In this document: one piece after another, positions 44,565 to 51,191 of the stretch
Numbering within the stretch: position 1 is the first letter of the stretch
Layout: each line of letters starts with the position of its first letter
Origin: a virus
IMG/VR virus record: IMGVR_UViG_3300045988_120893
Span: 1-64,000 of that record
Length of the DNA stretch: 64,000 nucleotides
Reading direction: 5' to 3' (one strand)
Translations under genes and position numbers: made by a program
The notes under the pieces: model-generated
The model's database searches: none
Told to the model about the DNA's origin: nothing
What the model saw: the letters and a program-made list of their open reading frames with translations, nothing else

Positions 44565-44717
44565 ATGATTGATTCTAAAAGTCAAGATAATGTTAATGAT
44601 GTAGAGAATGAGGAATATGAATGTGATAACTTCTATATTCCGTCATGTACGAATGGAGATTATTCTCCTTCATGTCCTTGGAACGCACCAGGGATGAGCA
44701 TTTCAGATTTTATTTAA
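44565..44717 (+). CDS. Small hypothetical protein (50 aa)
   Basis: Not in the track. GGAAATAGGTGG SD. MIDSKSQDNVNDVENEEYECDNFYIPSCTNGDYSPSCPWNAPGMSISDFI. Confidence 0.5.
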   Translation: MIDSKSQDNVNDVENEEYECDNFYIPSCTNGDYSPSCPWNAPGMSISDFI

Positions 44718-44725
44718 CAAACAGC

Positions 44726-44756
44726 AACCCGCCCCGGAGGTTACGAGGGCAGAAAG
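44726..44756 (+). promoter_or_regulatory. Conserved leader hairpin, copy 2
   Basis: AACCCGCCCCGGAGGTTACGAGGGCAGAAAG. See 11527..11557. Confidence 0.35.
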
Positions 44757-44766
44757 TGATGATATT

Positions 44767-44928
44767 ATGAGAGAATCAGATTATGCCATATGGAAACATG
44801 AAACACTGGATCAGATCAAAAAAGAACATCCGTACTGGACAGAGGAACAGGTACAGGAGTTCTTTGAAAAAATCGAATCAAAGTTACGGAAAAGAGGTTT
44901 CTTTGATATCGTGGATGAGTGGGTGTGA
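44767..44928 (+). CDS. Small hypothetical protein (53 aa)
   Basis: Not in the track. MRESDYAIWKHETLDQIKKEHPYWTEEQVQEFFEKIESKLRKRGFFDIVDEWV. Confidence 0.55.
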   Translation: MRESDYAIWKHETLDQIKKEHPYWTEEQVQEFFEKIESKLRKRGFFDIVDEWV

Positions 44929-44933
44929 TGAAT

Positions 44934-45221
44934 ATGAGCAAAGTGAATATTGGTGAAGTATTTGTAACGTCCGGAATCAATGAAAAGATGTATAAGTCAG
45001 AGACGTTTTCCAGGGATGTTGTGTTGAGCCTTCACAAGTTCGAAAGTGCAGACTGGGGAGATACATCAGAGGATGACGCACTTTTGAATGACAGAAACGT
45101 TCAGGATGGCACTGGTGACATTATGGGAGCATATGAAACATCAGAGGGAAGAATCTGGATCAAGACAGACCATATGCCGGACAGAACAATCACAACAGTT
45201 CTGTTCCCGGATGAATACTAA
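44934..45221 (+). CDS. Small protein of the ...TVLFPDEY family (paralog of 10794..11051)
   Basis: MSKVNIGEVFVTSGINEKMY...ADWGDTSEDD...RIWIKTD...TTVLFPDEY. I recall similar proteins in leading/anti-restriction regions of conjugative elements (unverified). Confidence 0.7.
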   Translation: MSKVNIGEVFVTSGINEKMYKSETFSRDVVLSLHKFESADWGDTSEDDALLNDRNVQDGTGDIMGAYETSEGRIWIKTDHMPDRTITTVLFPDEY

Positions 45222-45234
45222 GGAGTGATACAGA

Positions 45235-45483
45235 ATGAAAATTGAAGTGTTCTATACTGGTGGCGGAATCTGGTTAGCAGAAACCGTCATCAATGACAAA
45301 GGCGATTATGCCGTTGTAAATAACGAATGTCCTGAGATTCTTAGTATTTACCACAAGGCAGAAGAGAAGTATATGGAAGATGATATGTACTTAAGCAAGC
45401 CGTGGGATGAATTGAGTGATGAAATGGCATTGACACACGCAATGATGTTCCAGGCATTGAGGAAGAAAGGTGCGTTAAGATAG
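45235..45483 (+). CDS. Hypothetical protein (82 aa)
   Basis: AAGGAG SD 8 nt upstream. Last gene of the cassette. Confidence 0.7.
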   Translation: MKIEVFYTGGGIWLAETVINDKGDYAVVNNECPEILSIYHKAEEKYMEDDMYLSKPWDELSDEMALTHAMMFQALRKKGALR

Positions 45484-45509
45484 GGGCGGATAACCGCTCC
45501 TGTTTTTTT
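45483..45509 (+). terminator. Rho-independent terminator of the plus-strand cassette
   Basis: GGGGCGG-ATAA-CCGCTCC followed by TGTTTTTTT. Confidence 0.8.
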
Positions 45510-45512
45510 ATG

Positions 45513-45549
45513 CAAAAAGTCCCACAGCAGAATGAACCGCCGTGGGACT
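45513..45549 (-). terminator. Rho-independent terminator after the MuF gene
   Basis: Minus strand: AGTCCCAC-loop-GTGGGACT followed by TTTTT. Confidence 0.7.
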
Positions 45550-45637
45550 TGTCAGAAAGGAAAAAAGTAGGATGATAAATGAAAAAAACATTCATTTCAC
45601 TTGTACTTTAACATATTCTGGTAAATTATTCAATACT

Positions 45638-46591
45638 TTAATCTCTTATGACCGGCGGTGTAATCTCCTCATAGATGATACTGCATCTGCAATGTGGGTG
45701 TGCCGGTGGTGTCCTCTTGATTCCTATGTCTGTAAGTTTCGTCTTGAAGTCAAAGTCATCCATCAATCCATATCCTTCCCCATTTTCATATGCTTCCCTT
45801 GACTGCCTTTCAAGCTCATTACAGGTATCACAGTCCCTTTTATCATCTGCCGTACACCAGATCTTCACGACTTCCCCCATAAGCCCCTGTGCCTGTGCCT
45901 GTTCGATTCCGAACAACGAACCTTGGTTATAAGCAAATGCAAGCTCTGTCCGTGCTATCATGTAACCTCTGTACCGGCTCTGCCTTGCTGAATACCGTAT
46001 AGACTTATCCAGTGCCTTCTTGTGGCTCAGACCGCTTTCTATCATCTTCTCATAATATCTCATATTCGCCATGGACTGCTGCCAGTTCAGACCTACCATT
46101 GGACGTATTGCCCTGCTTAGGTTGTCCACGTTCATTCCGGTCTGTGATGCCATCTTAATCACTTCACGCAATCCACGCACCTGTTCCCTGGTTACGTTCG
46201 TCACAAACTCCGCCGCCCTGTTTTCGTTCCATGAGATCACACCCGCCTGCATTGGGTCAAAGACAAATGGCGGCTTTTTAAATTCAAGAAGTTCATTCGC
46301 CGTTACCATTGCTTTACTCCATAGAGGGGCAAGATGCATCTGCACAAATCGGTTATAGTCCTGCATCCAGTCATTATACACACTGATGTCAAGGTCGCCA
46401 TTAAGAATTGCTTCCCTTAGTTCCTTGTATGTGATAGCTTTCCCCTGTGCGTTCCAGGTGTTCTGCAGAAGGTAAACAAGTTCCGGTTCGTTCGCATCCA
46501 GGAACGATTTCAGCTTGTCCAATACCTCAGATGCACCCGGTGTATATGCCTTATATATCGAGCGTAAGAACGCCTTAGAGTATTTTCCCAT
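45638..46591 (-). CDS. Head morphogenesis protein, Mu F / SPP1 gp7 family
   Basis: ...ARTELAFAYNQG...WCTADDKRDCDTCNELE...PPAHPHCRCS signature. Confidence 0.9.
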   Translation of the reverse strand: MGKYSKAFLRSIYKAYTPGASEVLDKLKSFLDANEPELVYLLQNTWNAQGKAITYKELREAILNGDLDISVYNDWMQDYNRFVQMHLAPLWSKAMVTANELLEFKKPPFVFDPMQAGVISWNENRAAEFVTNVTREQVRGLREVIKMASQTGMNVDNLSRAIRPMVGLNWQQSMANMRYYEKMIESGLSHKKALDKSIRYSARQSRYRGYMIARTELAFAYNQGSLFGIEQAQAQGLMGEVVKIWCTADDKRDCDTCNELERQSREAYENGEGYGLMDDFDFKTKLTDIGIKRTPPAHPHCRCSIIYEEITPPVIRD

Positions 46592-46609
46592 ACCATCATC
46601 CTTTCTTCG

Positions 46610-47419
46610 TTATATGTCCGTTAGCTGTTGCTCCATGTGTGTCATGTCTTCATCTGACATTTCCCTATGCTCAAAGTTGTTGAATCTGTTCGATCTTTTA
46701 TTGTTCGTGTTGTTGCCATGATTATTGTTAGAAATAGCACCAAAAACCCATTTTTTCATACACAAATAATGCGATTTTGCTTTATAACCTTTCATTTCTA
46801 TGTATTCATCAAGAAAAACAATCGCTTTTTTCATTTTTTCTTCTCCATATTCCATACACAGTTTTCCGTATTCATCATCTGTAAGGAGTACATGTTTATA
46901 TTCACCATATTTATGTTTAGGTGGCTTTTTAGCCTTTGTTTTTTGCTCCTGATTTTCTGAATGCGGTATATATGTATTTAGAATATCAGTAGTAATATCA
47001 TCTAGTATATTATGGGAACTTTGTTCCCTACCCCGGTGAACTTTGTTCCCTACCCCCGGTGAACTTTGTTCCCTACCCCGGTGAACTTTGTTCCCTACCA
47101 GTGAACTTTGTTCCCCACATGGGTTCAATGCCAGGTATTCACAATATCTTATGTTGTTTACTGTCTTTTCTCTTTTTGCAAGAAGTCCCCTGTCCGTAAG
47201 GGAATTAAGGCATTTTTGCACACTTCTTGTTGTGGAGTTCGTCCAATTAGCAAGATATTGTCTGCTTCCTGTGAACCATTGATTTTCTGTCTGGGAGAAA
47301 CCGTAAATAATAGCATATATAAGAAGTTCATTTCCTTTTAGGCACAAATCAGAAACCATGAACCCCTGAATCACTATGTAATTGTCACTTTTTATATTAT
47401 TCTGCATGGCATCACCCAC
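46610..47419 (-). CDS. Replication initiator/organizer-like protein (N-terminal wHTH, DnaD/lambda-O-like) with internal iterons
   Basis: LKGNELLIYAIIYGFSQ...GSRQYLANWTNSTTRSVQKCLNSLTDRGLL (HTH). C-terminal YGEYKHVLLTDDEYGKL...YKAKSHYLCMKKW (DnaD-type tail, from memory). Central repeats GNKVHRGREQSS. Confidence 0.7.
   Translation of the reverse strand: MGDAMQNNIKSDNYIVIQGFMVSDLCLKGNELLIYAIIYGFSQTENQWFTGSRQYLANWTNSTTRSVQKCLNSLTDRGLLAKREKTVNNIRYCEYLALNPCGEQSSLVGNKVHRGREQSSPGVGNKVHRGREQSSHNILDDITTDILNTYIPHSENQEQKTKAKKPPKHKYGEYKHVLLTDDEYGKLCMEYGEEKMKKAIVFLDEYIEMKGYKAKSHYLCMKKWVFGAISNNNHGNNTNNKRSNRFNNFEHREMSDEDMTHMEQQLTDI
47016..47118. repeat. Five tandem 20-23-bp iterons, each with a GAAC-TTT-GTTC dyad
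   Basis: GAACTTTGTTCCCTACCCC(C)GGT x3, GAACTTTGTTCCCTACCAGT and GAACTTTGTTCCCCAC, read directly. Confidence 0.9.
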
Positions 47420-47428
47420 CTAACACCA

Positions 47429-47722
47429 TCATATTTTCGTCAGCATAATAGACAATATTTTACTAGCCATTTCCCCTAATTCCGGGAAATACCCAACAAT
47501 ATCAATGGCATATGCCGGTGGATATCCTAATTCATTTTCATAGATTTTCTTTGCAGCTTCAAGATTGTACTTCTCCCCGATCTTTGACAAGATCAAGTGA
47601 TACAGGTATCTGTGTTCAATTTCAAATTTTGCACATACTGCATTTATCGTATCTTTGTTTTCGGAATACCATTTTGTCCTTAAAGTAACTTTTGTTTTAC
47701 TCTGGATATATTCTTTCTCCAT
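47429..47722 (-). CDS. Hypothetical protein (97 aa)
   Basis: ORF with a GAGGTAGAAAC SD. First gene after the leader/terminator. Confidence 0.65.
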   Translation of the reverse strand: MEKEYIQSKTKVTLRTKWYSENKDTINAVCAKFEIEHRYLYHLILSKIGEKYNLEAAKKIYENELGYPPAYAIDIVGYFPELGEMASKILSIMLTKI

Positions 47723-47746
47723 GTTTCTACCTCATAGTCTTTCCAT

Positions 47747-47800
47747 AAAAAACAAATCCCCCTTCTAACAGTGTTGACGGCACCGTAAAAAGAGGGATTT
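47747..47800 (-). terminator. Leader terminator/attenuator upstream of 47429..47722
   Basis: Minus strand: AAATCCCTCTT-loop-AAGGGGGATTT followed by GTTTTTT. Lies between a promoter and its first gene. Confidence 0.55.
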
Positions 47801-47860
47801 ATTTGTGGCAAGTATTTAGTTTTCTTGTAACAAGCACCGTCAATACTTGCCACTGGTACT

Positions 47861-47889
47861 ATATTACCATATTTTCAGAATATTTACAA
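47861..47889 (-). promoter_or_regulatory. Internal promoter
   Basis: Minus strand: TTGTAA (47889-47884), 17 nt, extended -10 TGG-TAATAT (47869-47861). Confidence 0.5.
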
Positions 47890-47956
47890 TACAATGTTCA
47901 TAATGTGAATAACTTTGTTGATAACTTATGTATTGTACTATCCAACAACTACCCAG

Positions 47957-48460
47957 TCATCCGACAACATAGTAATCATCTGCGAGCATATCTTCTTGTG
48001 ACGCGAGCCATCCTATCACAAGTGAACCGTCTGCTGCTTTCATGTCGATATGAGGGCATACATGCACCGAACCATAGGGATCTACATATGGGCCTGTCAG
48101 CTTTTCCTGAACGTCCTTTTTCAGCTGGTGGAAGTACGGATAGGAACCATCCTGCATATAGATGAACATTCCTTTTCCGTTCCATCCTTTCCTTGCGACC
48201 TTGAATCCCATCTTCATCATTTCCAGAGCACCGCCAAAGGTCATTCCACCATTACATGAGCGGTATGCCCTTTCAAATACATCCTTCGGCGACCATGACA
48301 CGTAATCATCTGAATCTACATAGACAACCATATAACCTTCATCCTCCGGATTCTCATTCTCCGGCATCTTCCACCCACGGAACGCATTGTAATCACCCCT
48401 TGTCATTGGCTTTGCCTTAATCAGTTTTGTCCCTATGTATTTCGCAAATTCTATTTCCAT
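47957..48460 (-). CDS. DUF2829-domain protein (Tad2-like) with N-terminal extra domain
   Basis: Start at MEIEFAKY (AAAGGAG SD). MTFGGALEMMKMGFKVARKGWNGKGMFIYMQ...IDMKAADGSLVIGWLASQEDMLADDYYVV matches my recollection of the DUF2829 consensus. Confidence 0.75.
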   Translation of the reverse strand: MEIEFAKYIGTKLIKAKPMTRGDYNAFRGWKMPENENPEDEGYMVVYVDSDDYVSWSPKDVFERAYRSCNGGMTFGGALEMMKMGFKVARKGWNGKGMFIYMQDGSYPYFHQLKKDVQEKLTGPYVDPYGSVHVCPHIDMKAADGSLVIGWLASQEDMLADDYYVVG

Positions 48461-48462
48461 GG

Positions 48463-48729
48463 CTATTCTCCTTTCGCAACAAAATTCTGCCACTTCTTGT
48501 AGGCATCAAAATATGTTTCGTTCCTGTCTCCGTTATGAGTGATCTCATAGTACATGCCATCTGGTACATTCGTGCTTGCAAGTGCCTTGTGGTTATGTAA
48601 TGTCTTGCAGTACCAGACGATATACACATCATCCGGTGTGATTTCTGCCTTGTCCGTCTTTTCGCAATGGTTATTGAAATAATTTGCCACTTCATTTTTG
48701 CATAAGAACATAAATTCTTCACTTGTCAT
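48463..48729 (-). CDS. Hypothetical phage protein (88 aa)
   Basis: ORF. ...IVWYCKTLHNHKALASTNVPDGMYYEITHNGDRNETY... resembles small proteins seen in streptococcal and clostridial phages (from memory). Confidence 0.65.
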   Translation of the reverse strand: MTSEEFMFLCKNEVANYFNNHCEKTDKAEITPDDVYIVWYCKTLHNHKALASTNVPDGMYYEITHNGDRNETYFDAYKKWQNFVAKGE

Positions 48730-48843
48730 TGTATCGCTCCTTTCAAAATACTCCTGTAGCTTTCATATTCGCCCATATTTCAATTTTTATTGTTCATGTA
48801 TATATTTCTTAGGCAAATGACAAAAAACGTCTTAAATCAAAAA

Positions 48844-50271
48844 TCAGAGCCTGCCTAAACTCTTCTTTGCTTCCTCAGCTTCCTTTTCGTCTGCCAGTTC
48901 GTCAGGGTCTTTCTCTTTATTCTCTTCCTTCGTCTGCTCCCTTTTATGCTCTTCTGACGGCTGTACCTTCACGCCATCAGACTGTCCCTGTGTTTCCCCT
49001 TTCCGTTCTTCTGTCGGTACACTGGTTTTCCGCTCCGGAAGGTTCCCAATCTGGCGAACATAGTCTTCCATTTCATCATCCGGTGTAAGCAGACCGCTCC
49101 CTGCCATCTGCTGTAAGAAGGCTCCAATCTTTTCTAAGTTCGCATCCTCAATATCCCCATGACGCATCTCCGGGTAGTCCGTTATGCCTTTGAAATGGTC
49201 TCCGTTAATGTCAATCAGCCTTGGGATTGCCTGATTGTTAAATACTTCACATATGACATCAAGATAGGTTCCTACTGCGAGTGCGAACATCTTCGTCTTG
49301 TTATCCACCAGGGCAAAGGAACCGACATTCTCATGCCCGATCTGCAAGAAGTCAGCAAGAACGCTCATGGCGATCTTCGTGTCATATCGGTTGATGATGG
49401 CATTTGTGTCAAACTGTCTCCTGCTTCCGCTGGATAATAGCTGCAGTTCCCATCCATCAGGAAGAACTAACCCCTCTCTGCTGTCCCTTCTTACACCGGT
49501 AATGATGGCTTCTGCATTCGCAAGGGCCTGTTTCATATCGTCATCATCTTTGTCCCATATGTCCATGCCTTCCGGCGCTTTCAGTACCGGGAAACCTGCA
49601 AGGTCTCTTTCGATCCCGATACCCTCGATTTCCTGTATTCTCTTCTTGAAATACCAGTCCTTGTATGCGGTTCTTAGGATGGACCTTCCTTCCGGATTGT
49701 TCTTTCTGCTCCTGGTAACGAAATGTAGTGCCTTGTCTTTAGGTATGAATAACATTCCATAATCCGGCGGCGGCATCTGCACCATCCCTTCCAGGTCATC
49801 CGTACCCTCTTTGTACCTCCATTCATACAATGTTTCCTGTGAACGTATAGGAAGACGTTTCCACCCGATAAGACCATCATCATATTTTGATGACAGGTCT
49901 TCGTCTTTTGTCTTTCCCATTCTCCGTTTGTATACAATCTCATGGTAGCTCCATCCGTAAGTGATGAATGAAAGGATCTCTGACAGTGTGTCTGTCCATG
50001 TGCTTGTCATGTCATACATGCACTGTTCCACGAACTCAGCGGCTTCCTTGTCCTTCGCACTGTTCCCTGCCGGGTCAATGGTAAACTCACACTGCCGCAT
50101 GAGATTTTCAACAGCAAAAAGAATCCCTCCGATGGTGGAATCGTTGTCTGCCATTTCCTTGTAGACTTCCACACCACGTATTCCCCTAAGCTCCGGAAGA
50201 AATTCTTCGTACATGATACCGTTAAGGCTTCGTCGGGAACCGATTCTACCTATTTCTCCTTTTTTTATCAC
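48844..50271 (-). CDS. Portal protein (Mu gp29/DUF935-like)
   Basis: 475 aa, between terL and the MuF gene, with an acidic C-terminus. Confidence 0.8.
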   Translation of the reverse strand: MIKKGEIGRIGSRRSLNGIMYEEFLPELRGIRGVEVYKEMADNDSTIGGILFAVENLMRQCEFTIDPAGNSAKDKEAAEFVEQCMYDMTSTWTDTLSEILSFITYGWSYHEIVYKRRMGKTKDEDLSSKYDDGLIGWKRLPIRSQETLYEWRYKEGTDDLEGMVQMPPPDYGMLFIPKDKALHFVTRSRKNNPEGRSILRTAYKDWYFKKRIQEIEGIGIERDLAGFPVLKAPEGMDIWDKDDDDMKQALANAEAIITGVRRDSREGLVLPDGWELQLLSSGSRRQFDTNAIINRYDTKIAMSVLADFLQIGHENVGSFALVDNKTKMFALAVGTYLDVICEVFNNQAIPRLIDINGDHFKGITDYPEMRHGDIEDANLEKIGAFLQQMAGSGLLTPDDEMEDYVRQIGNLPERKTSVPTEERKGETQGQSDGVKVQPSEEHKREQTKEENKEKDPDELADEKEAEEAKKSLGRL

Positions 50272-50276
50272 TGGTT

Positions 50277-51146
50277 TTACAACTCCTTTCTTAAACGTGA
50301 AGAAATATAATCTTCAATATCGCCTTGTTTTGTATGTCTACTGATTGTACTTCTTCCAACTCCTATCATTTTTGCCCAATCAGTAGCATTTTTAGTTACT
50401 CCATTTACAGTAATATGCATTGTGGTTCTTCTATTATTCGCTTGTTCCTTTGATGTGGTCCATCTGCAATTACTAGGTTCGTAATTACCATCATTATTTA
50501 TGCGGTCAATCGTTAGATCATCAGCATATCCATGAGCCATTGCCCAGTCATAGAATGCTTGAAAGTCATGTATCCATTCATCACAGACAGTTATTCCACG
50601 TCCACCATAATTAGCGTAGTGTTCATCTTTTGTGTTATAGCATCTTTTTTTCATGGTTGCCCAAATGTTATAAAGTCTAGTTTTATGCAATCCATGTTTA
50701 TAACTAGCACTATCTTTTCCATATGGATAATTTATTTTCTCACGATTTGATATTGTTCCTTGTAAACAACCACAACTTTTAGTTCTACCTTTCGTTATTA
50801 CCGAACTTCTTAAGCTAGTTGTTTTACCGCAATCACAAATACATTCCCAAATTGTTTCCCCTTTTTTACTTTTCCCACATGGCTTTATAACAGTCAGCAT
50901 ATTAAATTTTTTACCAGATATATCTTTTGTTCTATTTTTGCCATGTGATTTTTCTATTCTTGTACACCCACAACTTTTAGTAAGATTTCTCTTTAAACTA
51001 TTCGCAAATACTTCTGTATAATTGCCACAATCACACTTACAAAGCCATTTTGCGTGTCCATTTTTTGAAGATTCGCATTCAGACACAACAACAAGCCTAC
51101 CATACCTTTTACCTATCAAATTTTCTTTCTTCATAATATAACCCAT
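50277..51146 (-). CDS. Homing-endonuclease-like protein with triplicated zinc-ribbon modules and a degenerate HNH-like domain
   Basis: Three units of type GKRYGRLVVV...W.CKCDCG....V....L......SCGC, then YGGRGITVCDEW...IDRINNDGNYEPSNCRWTTSKEQANN. AT-rich. Confidence 0.65.
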   Translation of the reverse strand: MGYIMKKENLIGKRYGRLVVVSECESSKNGHAKWLCKCDCGNYTEVFANSLKRNLTKSCGCTRIEKSHGKNRTKDISGKKFNMLTVIKPCGKSKKGETIWECICDCGKTTSLRSSVITKGRTKSCGCLQGTISNREKINYPYGKDSASYKHGLHKTRLYNIWATMKKRCYNTKDEHYANYGGRGITVCDEWIHDFQAFYDWAMAHGYADDLTIDRINNDGNYEPSNCRWTTSKEQANNRRTTMHITVNGVTKNATDWAKMIGVGRSTISRHTKQGDIEDYISSRLRKEL

Positions 51147-51191
51147 TCCTTTCTAAATGGATTATATTACAATAATTTCCATTTCTCAAGT

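Noticed and set aside
48417-48722. Same-strand alternate-frame ORFs (48417..48722 of 101 aa, 53390..53674 of 94 aa, and others of 60-90 aa)
   Set aside because: Their composition is R/H/T/C-rich junk, they have no SD, and they lie fully inside well-supported genes. Only 9175..9609 looked protein-like enough to report.
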